DNA from: an uncultured Acidobacteriota bacterium
GTDB lineage: Bacteria > Acidobacteriota > Thermoanaerobaculia > UBA5066 > Gp7-AA6
Direction of reading: 5' to 3'
NCBI GenBank assembly: GCA_963739435.1
Contig: CAVUAN010000016.1
Coordinates: 129,309 to 193,308 of the forward strand
DNA length: 64,000 nt
The position numbers and the translations under genes were made by a program. The notes under the pieces are model-generated. The model was not told where the DNA came from. It saw only the letters and a list, made by a program, of their open reading frames with translations, and made no database searches. Position 1 is the stretch's first letter; the number at the start of each line of letters is the position of its first letter. This document shows, one piece after another, positions 37,388 to 49,890 of this stretch.

Positions 37388-38367
37388 GCACCATGAAGCA
37401 CCGGCTTGGTACGGGTATCGTTTGCGCCCTCCTCTTGGCGCCCGCGCTCGAAGCAACGGCGCAGGAAGCCAAGAAGTCTGCGACCCCGAAAGCAGCGCCG
37501 CAGCAGACCTTCGACACGCCGAAGGCGGCTGCCGACGCGCTGGTCGCAGCGGCCGCGAGCTACGACCTGCCCGCCTTGAAGAAGATCCTCGGGCCGGACG
37601 GCGAGGCCCTCGTCGTCACGAAGGACCCGGTTCAGGACAAGAATCAGCTCGCGGCATTCGCGGCCACGGCAAAAGAAAAGAGCGAAATCGTCCCCGAGCC
37701 GAAGAACCCGAACCGAGCGATCCTCACAATCGGAGACCAGGACTGGCCGATGCCGATCCCTATCGTCAAGAAGGACGGCAAGTGGGTTTTCGATTCGAAG
37801 GCCGGGCGGAAGGAAGTGCTCTACCGCCGCATCGGGGGCAACGAGCTCGATGCCATCGAGGCCTGCCACAACTACGTCGAGGCGCAGCAGGAGTACGCGG
37901 CCGAGAAGCACGACGGCTCGAAGCTCAACCAGTACGCCCAGAAGGTCATCAGCACTGAAGGCAAGCAGGACGGCCTCGTGTGGCGCAACGCCGATGGGAC
38001 CTTCGGAGGACCGCTGAGTGAAGGGCTCGGCGAGGCGATCGCCCAGGGCTATTCAAAAAAGGCTGATCCGTTCCACGGCTACTATTTCAAGATCTTGAAG
38101 GGCCAGGGCCCGGCGGCGCCGCTCGGAAAGATCGACTTCGTCGTGGAGGGGGTCATGATCGGCGGCTTCGCGCTCGTCGCGGCGCCGTCCGACTACCGGG
38201 TGACCGGCGTGATGACCTTCATCGTCAGTCACAACGGCATCGTCTACCAGAAGGACCTCGGGCCAACGACTCTCGAGGCGTTCAAGAAGATGGAGCTCTA
38301 CAACCCCGACAAGACGTGGCACCCGGTGGACGCGACGTCCACGCGCGAAGCGGCTGCCACCCAGTAG
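37384..38367 (+). CDS. DUF2950-family secreted protein (paralog 1)
   Basis: 327 aa with a signal peptide. Motifs: TFDTPKAAADAL, DWPMPIPIV, RRIGGNELDAI, YVEAQQEYAAE and GYYFKIL. The start overlaps the upstream stop (ATGA). Confidence 0.75.
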   Translation: MSTMKHRLGTGIVCALLLAPALEATAQEAKKSATPKAAPQQTFDTPKAAADALVAAAASYDLPALKKILGPDGEALVVTKDPVQDKNQLAAFAATAKEKSEIVPEPKNPNRAILTIGDQDWPMPIPIVKKDGKWVFDSKAGRKEVLYRRIGGNELDAIEACHNYVEAQQEYAAEKHDGSKLNQYAQKVISTEGKQDGLVWRNADGTFGGPLSEGLGEAIAQGYSKKADPFHGYYFKILKGQGPAAPLGKIDFVVEGVMIGGFALVAAPSDYRVTGVMTFIVSHNGIVYQKDLGPTTLEAFKKMELYNPDKTWHPVDATSTREAAATQ

Positions 38368-38394
38368 GGGGCAGGCGGTGCCCGGAGATCGCCC

Positions 38395-39480
38395 ATGAGC
38401 CGTGTTCTCGCAGAGCTCCGCGAGAACCGCATGTACTGGCTTCTGGTGTTCGTGCCGGCCGTCCTGATTGCGGAGCATCTGCGCCCCGAAGCCCACACGG
38501 CCCTCTTTCTGGTGTCGGTGGCCGCCATCGTTCCGCTCGCCGCGCTGCTGAGCCGCGCAACGGAAAGCGTGGCCGCGAAGACCGGGGACGCCGTCGGCGG
38601 CCTCTTGAACGCCACGCTCGGCAACCTGACCGAGCTCGTCATCGCGATCACGGCTCTGCGCGCCGGGATGCTCGACCTCGTGAAAGCGTCCATAACCGGA
38701 GCCATCGTGACCAACAGCCTGTTCATGCTGGGCGGCGCGTTCCTGCTCGGCGGCCTGAAGTACCACAAGCAGGAATTCAACCCGGCCAACGCGCGCACCC
38801 AGGCCGGGATGCTGCTGCTGGCAACAGTCGCCCTCGTCGTCCCGTCCGCGGTTGCTCACGTGGATAGGCTGAACGTCGCCTCCGTGATGCGCCCGCTCTC
38901 CGTCGGACTGTCCTGCATCCTCCTCGTGACCTACGGGCTCAGCCTGCTCTTCTCGCTCAAGACCCATCGCGACATCTTCAAGAGCGTCGGCGGTGAAGAG
39001 CACGGGGAAACACCCTGGCCCCTTCCCATGGCCCTCGGTGCGCTCGCGATCGCGACGCTTTTCATCGCCCTCGTCAGCGAGATCTTCGTGGAATCGGTGC
39101 AGCAGGCAGCCGTCACCCTCGGGATGTCGAAGGCGTTCGTCGGGTTCATCGTGGTGTCGCTGGTCGGCGCAGCAGCCGAGATGACCACCGCTTTCTCGGC
39201 GGCCCGCAAGAACCGTGTCGATCTCGCCGTCGGGGTCGCGATGGGCAGCTCCGCGCAGATCGCCCTCTTCGTGGCCCCGGTTCTCCTGATCCTGAGCTAC
39301 TTCGTGTCGCCGGCGCCCATGGACCTGAACTTCGGAGGGGGCCAGGTGCTGCTCGTTCTTCTCACGACCCTGACTGTCTCGTTCGTGGTCTCGAACGGGC
39401 GCTCCGCCTGGTACTCCGGCGTCGAGCTTCTCGCCGTGTATGCCATCTTCGCCGTCACGGCTTACCTGATTCCGAGCTAG
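38395..39480 (+). CDS. Ca2+/H+ antiporter (CaCA/CAX, ChaA-like)
   Basis: 361 aa, ~10-11 TM, with two alpha-repeat motifs: ATLGNLTELVIAITAL and SLVGAAAEMTTAFSAA. Confidence 0.8.
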   Translation: MSRVLAELRENRMYWLLVFVPAVLIAEHLRPEAHTALFLVSVAAIVPLAALLSRATESVAAKTGDAVGGLLNATLGNLTELVIAITALRAGMLDLVKASITGAIVTNSLFMLGGAFLLGGLKYHKQEFNPANARTQAGMLLLATVALVVPSAVAHVDRLNVASVMRPLSVGLSCILLVTYGLSLLFSLKTHRDIFKSVGGEEHGETPWPLPMALGALAIATLFIALVSEIFVESVQQAAVTLGMSKAFVGFIVVSLVGAAAEMTTAFSAARKNRVDLAVGVAMGSSAQIALFVAPVLLILSYFVSPAPMDLNFGGGQVLLVLLTTLTVSFVVSNGRSAWYSGVELLAVYAIFAVTAYLIPS

Positions 39481-39504
39481 GATCCACCCCGGAGGAAGCG
39501 ACCC

Positions 39505-40719
39505 ATGCTCCAGACGCTTCGTGCGGAATTGGCGGGAACGCGAGGTGCGGTCCTCGTCGCGACGCTCAGCGCCCTGCTGGCTGCCCCGGCCGGCACGATT
39601 CTGGCCGCGCAGGAGGCGCAAGCGGCTGCGGCGCCAGAGGAGTCGGTCAAGCTCTCGAATGACCAGCTCGACGCCCTGGTCGCCCCCATCGCCCTCTATC
39701 CCGACCCGCTGCTCGCGCAGTGCCTGGTCGCTTCGACGTACCCGATCGACATCGTCGAGGCGCAGCAGTGGTTGCCGAAGAACGCCAGCCTCAAAGGAGA
39801 CGCGCTGGTCGAAGCGGCGCAGAAGGAAGACTGGGACCCGAGCGTCCAGGCTCTGGTTTCGATTCCGGACGCGCTGAAGGTCCTCTCCGAGAACATCGCA
39901 TGGACCACGGATCTTGGCGATGCGTTCCTGGCTCAGCAGAGCGAGGTCATGGACGCGGTCCAGCGCCTGCGTGCCAAAGCCAAGGACTCGGGCAAGCTCA
40001 CGTCCACCGATCAGCAGAAGGTCGAAACGAAAACGGAGGAATCGAAGACCGTCATCGAGATCCAGCCCGCGAGCACCGAGGTCGTCTACGTTCCCTCGTA
40101 CAGCCCGTCCGTCATCTGGGGAGTGGGGTACTACCCCTACCCCCCGCTCTACTACCCGCCCTACTACGGGGGCGCGTGGCTCGGCTTCGGCGTCGGGATC
40201 GCCATCGGTATCGGGATTTCCGGAGGATGGGGCTGGGGCTGCGGATGGCACGGGGGCGGAAACACGATCAACATCAACAACAACAACAACTACATCAACC
40301 ACAACAACGTGAGGAACAACTCGAACCGGAGCGGCAACAGCAACTGGCAGCACAACGCGCAGCAGCGCGGCGGCGCCCCCTACAAGGACAAGGCCACGGC
40401 CAGCAAGTACGGCGGCGGGGCCCGCGGCGACTCTCCGCAGGCCCGTCAGTCCCAGGCGCAGGGCCGCCAGTCGGGAGGCTTCGATCGGGGCGGAGCGAGC
40501 GCGGGCAGCATGGACCGGGGCGGATCCAGCGGCGCATACCGTGGCGGCAGCTCGAGCAGCTATGCTGGCAGCCGCGACGTACCGTCCAGCAGCCGGGGCA
40601 GCGGCGCCTTCGGAGGGTCGATGAGCGGAAGCAGCGCCAGGTCCTCGAGCTCGCGCGGCTCCTCGAGCATGGGCGGCATGCGCGGCGGCGGCGGCGGGCG
40701 CGGCGGCGGGCGGCGGTAG
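39505..40719 (+). CDS. DUF3300-family secreted protein (paralog 2)
   Basis: 404 aa, sharing motifs with 36092-37387: LDALVAPIALYPDPLLAQCLVASTYP, WDPSVQ, YYPPYY, GWGWGCGWHGGG, TININNNNN and SSARSSSSRGSSSMGGMRGGGGGRGGGRR. Confidence 0.75.
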   Translation: MLQTLRAELAGTRGAVLVATLSALLAAPAGTILAAQEAQAAAAPEESVKLSNDQLDALVAPIALYPDPLLAQCLVASTYPIDIVEAQQWLPKNASLKGDALVEAAQKEDWDPSVQALVSIPDALKVLSENIAWTTDLGDAFLAQQSEVMDAVQRLRAKAKDSGKLTSTDQQKVETKTEESKTVIEIQPASTEVVYVPSYSPSVIWGVGYYPYPPLYYPPYYGGAWLGFGVGIAIGIGISGGWGWGCGWHGGGNTININNNNNYINHNNVRNNSNRSGNSNWQHNAQQRGGAPYKDKATASKYGGGARGDSPQARQSQAQGRQSGGFDRGGASAGSMDRGGSSGAYRGGSSSSYAGSRDVPSSSRGSGAFGGSMSGSSARSSSSRGSSSMGGMRGGGGGRGGGRR

Positions 40720-40734
40720 GCCCAAGGAGCAAAC

Positions 40735-41694
40735 ATGCGCAAGCTGAAACTTCACTCTCTCCTGTCGCTGACGAGCCTCGCGGCCCTTCTTGCTGCTGCC
40801 GGCTGGCTCCAGCCCCTCGTCCTCGGCGCGCAGAATGCGCCAGCCCCCGCCCAGCTCACGTTCGACACGCCGAAACACGCGGCCGAGGCCCTTCTTAAGG
40901 CGGCGGAGGCCGCCGACGTTCCGGCGCTCCTCAAGATCTTCGGGCCCGACGGCAAGGACATCGTCTCCTCGGGCGACCCCGTCAGGGACAAGAACGACTT
41001 CAAGCGGTTCGCCAGCAAGGCGCGCGAGAAAATGGAAATCACATTCGATCCCGCCGACCCCAAGCGGGCGATCCTCAATGCCGGCAACGACGACTGGCCG
41101 ATGCCCGTTCCGATCGTCGAGAAGCAGGGCAAGTGGCGCTTCGACGCGAAGGAAGGCAAGAGGGAGATCCTGGCCCGGCGCATCGGGGGTAACGAGCTCA
41201 ATACGATTTCACTGCTCCGCGGCTACGTCGAGGCCCAGAAGGAATACGCCGCGGAGCTGCACGACGGAAGCAAAATGCGCCAGTACGCGCAGACGGCGAT
41301 CAGCAGCCCCGGCAAGCAGAACGGCCTGTCGTGGCGGGACGCGGACGGGAAACCGGCCGGGCCGATGGGCGACGTGGTGGCAAAGGCCATCGCGGCGGGC
41401 TACACGAAGAGAGCGGAGCCCTACAACGGCTATCACTTCCGGACCCTCACGGCCCAGGGCTCGGCGGCGCGGCTGGGCGCCCGCAACTACATCTTCAACG
41501 GCATGATGATCGGCGGCTTCGCCGCGATCGCCTGGCCCGCGACCTACGGGGTCACCGGGGTCCAGACCTTCATGGTGAACAACGACGGCCTGGTGTACCA
41601 GAAGGACCTCGGCCCGGACACGGCGAAGATCGCGCCGGCGATCAAGAAGTTCGACCCGGACAAGACCTGGACCGTCACCAAAGACGAAGAGTAG
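40735..41694 (+). CDS. DUF2950-family secreted protein (paralog 2)
   Basis: 319 aa with a signal peptide. Motifs: TFDTPKHAAEAL, DWPMPVPIV, RRIGGNELNTI, YVEAQKEYAAE and GYHFRTL. Confidence 0.75.
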   Translation: MRKLKLHSLLSLTSLAALLAAAGWLQPLVLGAQNAPAPAQLTFDTPKHAAEALLKAAEAADVPALLKIFGPDGKDIVSSGDPVRDKNDFKRFASKAREKMEITFDPADPKRAILNAGNDDWPMPVPIVEKQGKWRFDAKEGKREILARRIGGNELNTISLLRGYVEAQKEYAAELHDGSKMRQYAQTAISSPGKQNGLSWRDADGKPAGPMGDVVAKAIAAGYTKRAEPYNGYHFRTLTAQGSAARLGARNYIFNGMMIGGFAAIAWPATYGVTGVQTFMVNNDGLVYQKDLGPDTAKIAPAIKKFDPDKTWTVTKDEE

Positions 41695-41717
41695 GCCGGG
41701 CGGGAAGGAGCCTTCAC

Positions 41718-42417
41718 ATGCGGAACACCGGGCTGATCGTTCTGGTGGCGCTAGTCTTCGCCGGCGGTGCTCAGGGCCAGCAGCCTTCAGCTCAGCACCC
41801 CGTCGGAAAGCAGACCCAGGCCGAGGAGCCGCTCGACATCTACCAGATCGACCTCAATCCGACGGGGACCGGATTCGCCCTCACCAAGCCCGTTCTGGAA
41901 GGGAACGTCTACGTGTTCAAAGTCTGGCCGGACCGGGCGACCATCCGCCTTCCCGTGTCGAGGGTCAAGAAGATGGTCCGGCGAATGAAGGAAATTGAAG
42001 ACGAGGTGATCTACAGGATCGACCTCGTTCCAACCGGCCAGATGATCGCCCGCGACCACCCGACAAAGCAGGGAACGACATATGTGTTCCACGCCTGGCG
42101 CGGGGGCACGTTCATGAGCGTGCGCCAGACGGACGTGCAGAAGATCACACGCGTTGCGGGGCTCGAGGCCTTCAAGGTCCACCTGCAACAGATTGGCGCC
42201 AAGCCCACCGGCAACCTGCCGATGGAGGGAGGCGACCCGGCGACTACGATTCCGGTCGCCCCGTCCTCCGGCGCCCAGGGCTCGAGCTCGGGTCAGGGTC
42301 TGACTGCCAGGCAATTGGATCTACCAGGGGGTTCCAGGAGTGACGGATGCCTGGGCGCCGCCGTCTGCCGTCATCGACTCGCCCGGCGGCGTGCCGAGGG
42401 CTCAGCCTCACTCCTGA
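41718..42417 (+). pseudogene. Secreted protein with two ~60-aa repeats (unknown function), one frameshift near the 3' end
   Basis: ATG 41718 follows GGAAGGAG: MRNTGLIVLVALVFAGGAQG... Repeats are YQIDLNPTGTGFALTKPVLEGNVYVFKVWPDRATIRLPVSRVKKM and YRIDLVPTGQMIARDHPTKQGTTYVFHAWRGGTFMSVRQTDVQKI. After ...SSGQGL (~42302) the sensible reading (LPGNWIYQGVPGVTDAWAPPSAVIDSPGGVPRAQPHS, stop at 42415-42417) is in another frame. Confidence 0.55.
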
Positions 42418-42430
42418 GAGGGCCGCCCGA

Positions 42431-43672
42431 CTACGGGTTCTGCCTCCCAGGTCGAAAGAGAAGCTGTACTTCGCCGAAAAGACGACGCGGAAGTCGTTCA
42501 CACCGAAACCGTCGGAGAAGTTCTGCCTGCGGCCCCACTGGAGCTCGAGGCCCGTCATCACGTTCTTCACGGGATAGAAGAGCAGGTTGGCCAGAGCGTA
42601 CTGCCCGCTCTTGAAGGCCGAAGGCAGCTGCCCGTCGCTGTTGGTGATGTCGAGGCGCGAATAGCCGACCGCGCTCGAGAACTTCTCGCTCCACTTGAAG
42701 TCGTAGAACGCGACCATGCCGAAGACCGGCAGAGCTTCGCCGACGACCGGCCGGCCCGGATCGCCGAAGTTCTCCCGGGCCCCGACGTCTGCCGGCGCGT
42801 CTCTCATGTAGGTCTCGATAGCCTTCCCGTACGAGGCCTCGAGCTTCAACTTGCCCGTCTTCGTGAGGTTGAGGACCGAGCTCAGGTTCAGGCCCCAGCC
42901 GATCGTGTGCCCCGACAGGTCGTACTGGTCCTTGAGCGTGTCCGTCCAGCCGACGTAGCGAACGATTCCGGCGAGCTGGACGTGCCCCCACGACTCCCCG
43001 TAGCGGAACTGAGCCGTGAAGTCCGGGTAGGGGAAATGGCCCTGGATGTTCTGCAGCTCGATCCGGCCCTTGAACTCGCCGCTGTCGCCGCTGCGCTCCC
43101 GGCCGCTCCAGCGCGAAGACGAGACGCGTGTCGCCCTGGATCGGTGTCCAGCGGATCTGGATGTTGCGGTAGATAGACCATCCCGTTCGGCCCCCAGAAC
43201 TCCAGGGAATCCGGGAAGACGTCCCCGTCCATGAAGACGCTGTTGGTCTGGCCGGCCAGGAACTGTCCGAGCTCGCCCCACGCCCGGCGCAGGTGAAACG
43301 TCGTCTCGCCCGCGTCGGCGCCGACCCCCAGGAGGTCGAACTCGAATTCCGTCTTGAGCTCACCGAGACTCGTCGGCAGCCAGGAGCGAACGCCGAAGCG
43401 GCTCGGCCGCACGCTCGCCCAGAGGTTACCGTTCTGCTCCGAACTCGTTCGGAAAGGACGGGAGCTTCGACGGACGCTCGACGTCGTACCAGTCCGGATT
43501 CGTCTGGTTGATGTCGTAGATCGTGTTGACGCTGGCGAAGCCGTAGATCTGCATGCGGAGCCCGGACTTCGGCTCGGGGTTTGCCGGGGGCTCGGCCGCT
43601 GTTTGCGCCAGGAAACACGCCGCCCGGAGCGTCCACAGCAGAACCGCGGCGATCGGAAGCGCCGCGGCTCGC

Positions 43673-43686
<14 letters not shown>
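42431..43686 (-). pseudogene. Porin-like outer-membrane beta-barrel (paralog of 53222-54488), three to four frameshifts
   Basis: Pieces in three frames, colinear with the paralog:
- [20 protein letters not shown]...[14 protein letters not shown]...PSFPNEFG
- (~43438) [54 protein letters not shown]...WGPNGMV
- (~43174) [25 protein letters not shown]
- (~43095) [24 protein letters not shown]...FSAKYSFSFDLGG. Confidence 0.75.
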
Positions 43687-46367
<2,681 letters not shown>

Positions 46368-46380
46368 GCGACCTCCCGGA

Positions 46381-47043
46381 CTATTTGACGAACCCGGTCA
46401 GCACTGCGATCGGGAAGGAGATGTTGCCGGCCACGATCAGGACCGCGAAGATCCAGGCCGCGGCGTGGGCGATGCGCATGTAGCGCGGATGCGAGACGCC
46501 GAGCGTCTGGCACATGCTCCAGACGCCATGCTGCAGATGGAAACCCAGAGCCACCATCGCGAAGATGTAGAAGAGCGAAACCGGCACGCTCTGGAAGCCC
46601 ACGACGAAGTTGCGGTAGATGTCGCCCTCGACGAAGTGCGGGTGAACCGTGCCGGTCGTGAAGTGGAGGATGTGATAGATCACGAAGAGCAGCAGGATGA
46701 CGCCTCCCCACCGCATCGTGCGTGAGGCGTAGGTGGACTCCTTCCATGCCTGCTCGCGATAGCCGAGGGGTCTTGCGCGGCGGCTCTCGAGCGTCAGGGA
46801 CGTCGCCGACCAGATGTGCAGCGACACGGCCGTCAGCATCACGGCGCGGACGACCCAGAGCCCGGCTCCGTGGAGGAGCGACCGCAGCAGCACGCCGTAG
46901 TGGTTGAGCGCCTCGGGCCCGAGATAGACCTGCAGGTTGCCGAGCATGTGGCCGAGGACGAAGCCGAAGAGGATCAGGCCCGTGACCGCCATGATCACCT
47001 TGCGCCCGATCGAAGAGCCGATAAACCCTGGCGCCTGACTCAT
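46381..47043 (-). CDS. sdhC: Succinate dehydrogenase / fumarate reductase cytochrome b subunit (b558 family, five TM)
   Basis: 220 aa: ...[31 protein letters not shown]... with conserved His residues in the helices. Located immediately upstream of sdhA. Confidence 0.8.
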   Translation of the reverse strand: MSQAPGFIGSSIGRKVIMAVTGLILFGFVLGHMLGNLQVYLGPEALNHYGVLLRSLLHGAGLWVVRAVMLTAVSLHIWSATSLTLESRRARPLGYREQAWKESTYASRTMRWGGVILLLFVIYHILHFTTGTVHPHFVEGDIYRNFVVGFQSVPVSLFYIFAMVALGFHLQHGVWSMCQTLGVSHPRYMRIAHAAAWIFAVLIVAGNISFPIAVLTGFVK

Positions 47044-47101
47044 CTGCTCTCCTTCCTCCTGCGCTCCCCTGCCATCACCCGCAGGTCTGTTGCCGTCGTC
47101 C

Positions 47102-48188
47102 TCAGTACTGGTCGAAATAGCGCTGAATCTGCTTGAGGTCCTTCGTCTGGGTCAGCGCCAGCCGCAGGAGGACCCGCGACTTCTGCGGGTTCAGATCGAG
47201 CGACGCGACGAATCCCATCTTGTCGTCGTCCACCTCCACGTTGCGGCCCACGTTCCCCGTCGTGACCCGCGAGGAGCGCACGCAGATGATGCCCTTCTTC
47301 GCCTGCGCAGCGAGGGCTTTCAACGCGACGTCCGTCATGTTGCCGTTGCCGACGCCCGCGATCACGATGCCCTTCGCTCCGGCCGCGGCCGCGGCGTCGA
47401 TCAGGGCCCCGTCCATGTTCTCGTAGGCCATGATGATGTCCACGCGCGGCAGGCACGATGACTTTATCGAGCGAGAACTCGGAGTCCATCGTGTGCTTCC
47501 CTACCGGACCGCGGAACCACTCGGCGTCTCCGTAGGCGACGACCCCGACGAGGCCCCGCAGGGGCGACATGAACGTCTGCACGGCCGTGGTGCTCGTCTT
47601 CGTCAGCGAAGACGCCCCGTGGATCCAATCGTTGATGACGACCAGCACGCCGCGGCCGGCCGCGTCCTTGTTGGCCGCCACCGCCACCGCGTTGTAGAAG
47701 TTGAGGGGGCCGTCGGCCGAGAGGGCCGTCGAGGGGCGCATCGACGCGGTCAGGACGACCGGCTTCCGCGACTTGACGACGAGGTTCAGGAAGTAGGCGG
47801 TCTCCTCGATCGTGTCCGTGCCGTGCGTGATGACGACGCCGTCCACGTCTTTCATCGCGGTCAGCTCGTTGATGCGGCGCGCGAGCTTCAGCCACACCTC
47901 GTCGTTCATGTCCTGCGACCCGATGTTCGAGATCTGCTCGCCCCTGAGGTTGGCGAGCTTCTTGGCCTGCGGCACGGCCGCGAGGAGCTGGTCGACGCCG
48001 ACCTGGCCGGAGGTGTACCCGGCCTGGACGTCGCTCGCGGCGGCGCCGGCAATGGTGCCGCCCGTGGCCAGCACGACGACGTTCGGGAGAGGCCCCTTGG
48101 GAGCCGAGCCCGTCTGCGCGATGCCCGGGGTCGCTGCCACGAGAACGAGAGCCGTGAAGACCAGGGAGAGCCCGATGCGCTTCGACAT
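47102..48188 (-). pseudogene. ansB: Periplasmic type II L-asparaginase, one frameshift
   Basis: Signal peptide MSKRIGLSLVFTALVLVAATPGIAQ. Motifs VVVLATGGTIAG and ITHGTDTIEETAYFL. Shift at ~47453 between ...FSLDKVIV and LPRVDIIMAYENMDG...GIVIAGVGNGN...LNPQKSRVLLRLAL. Confidence 0.85.
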
Positions 48189-48197
48189 AAATGCCTC

Positions 48198-49876
48198 CTA
48201 GCTTGTCAAGAGAACGATGACTGGTCCCCACGCGGTCAGCAGGATGTTGCCGACGGCGTAGGGCACGGTGTAACCGAGCACGGGAAGCTTGCTCTGGGCT
48301 TCGTCCTGGATGGACCGGAGCGCGGCCGTGACCGTCCCGGCGCCGCTGCAGGCGCCAAACAGGATGACGGGATTCATCTTCAGGACCTTGCTGGCCGAAG
48401 AAAAGCGCGACGATGTGGGGCGTGACGGCGACCACGAGGCCGACGAAGAGCAGGCTCGGCCCCGTGCGGCGGAGGCCGTCGACGAATCCCGGGCCCGCGC
48501 CGAGGCCGACGACGCCGATGAAGACCGCGAGGCCGATCGTGTCGAAGACCCAGAGGGCCGCCTCGGGAATCCGGCCGAACGTGGGCCGCACCGAGCGGAG
48601 CCAGCCGAAGACGAGCCCCATGATGAGCGCGCCGCCGCTGGCGGTCAGGGAGAGCGGCATGCCGCCCACCTTGACCGAAAGGAGCCCGACGAGCCCGCCC
48701 ACGACGATGCCGAGGCCCACGAAGACGACGTCGGTGGCGCTCGACGGCCGCTCGACGTACCCCAGCGCCTTGCCGGCGCGCTCGACGTCGCGGGCGGCGC
48801 CGGCGAGCGTCATCAGGTCGCCCCGGTTGATGACAGTCGAGGGCACGAACGGGATCTCCTCGCCGCCGCGGACGAGCTTCGAGAGCGCGACGCCGCGCCC
48901 GTGCTTCTCGGCGATCTCGGCGAGCGTCCGCTCCGCCACAGTCTTGTTCGTCACGACCACGTCGAGGACGGCGGCCGGAAACTCCAGCAGCGTCCGGTCC
49001 TCGATCTCGACGCCGATCGGGATCCCGCCCGAGAGAACCCTCCGGCGGGCCGCGATCGCGACGGCGTCGCCGCGGCGCAGCATCGTCGTCGGGCGCCGCC
49101 TCGAGGATCTCTCCCCCGCGGTGAATCTGCTCGACGAAGACCCGCTCGGGAGCAAAGGACTTCTCGAGATCGGCGACACTCCGGTCCGCCCACGCCGCGT
49201 CGTCGATCCGGTAGGCGCGCAGGTCCCATTCCCGGTATGCCGACGGCGCGCCCGGTCCGAGCTCCTTCCCGCCGGTGATCTCCGCCTCGAGCTTGCGGCT
49301 CTCGGCCTTCAGGTCCACCTTGAGGAGCTTTGGCGCGAGGCTCGAGAGGAACCACACGACGAATCCCGTGCCGACGAGGTAGGACACGGCGTAGGCCACC
49401 GGGATGTTGTTCTGGAGCCGGGTCTTTTCTTCCTCGGGCAGATTGAGGCGCTTGATCGTGTCGCCCGCCGTGCCGATGACCGTCGATTCCGTGAAGGCTC
49501 CGGCCATCAGGCCCGCCGCGGTCCCGCAGTCGTAGTGGAAGATCTTCGCGGCCGCGACCGTGGTGACGAGGCTCGTCACACAGAGAACGACCGTCAGCGC
49601 CACCTGCGGCAGCGCGTTCTTACCGAGCCCCCGGATGAACTGGGGGCCGACCTTGTACCCGGTCGCGAAGAGAAAGAGGTCGAAGAAGACGATCTTGACG
49701 ACCGGGTCGATGGGAATGTTGAGCTGTCCGATGAGGACGCCGGCCAGCAGCGTCCCGACGACGTTTCCGAGCTGGAAGGTCCCGAGCCGAACGCGCCCGA
49801 GCACGAACCCCACTGCGAGCGTCAGGAAGATGGCGAGCTCGGGATTGTGGCGAAGAGCATCCGTCACGTATTTCAT
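48198..49876 (-). pseudogene. AAE-family transporter (AspT/SucE/YidE/YbjL type, two TrkA-C-like domains), two frameshifts
   Basis: - MKYVTDALRHNPELAIFLTLAVGFVLGRVRLG...RGGEILEAA
- Shift ~49095 to PTTMLRRGDAVAIAARRRVL...RGDLMTLAGAARDVERAG...PHIVALFFG
- Shift ~48393 to SKVLKMNPVILFGACSGAGTVTAALRSIQDEAQSKLPVLGYTVPYAVGNILLTAWGPVIVLLTS
The stop overlaps the ansB SD. Confidence 0.8.
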
Positions 49877-49890
49877 GCAACCCCCCTACC

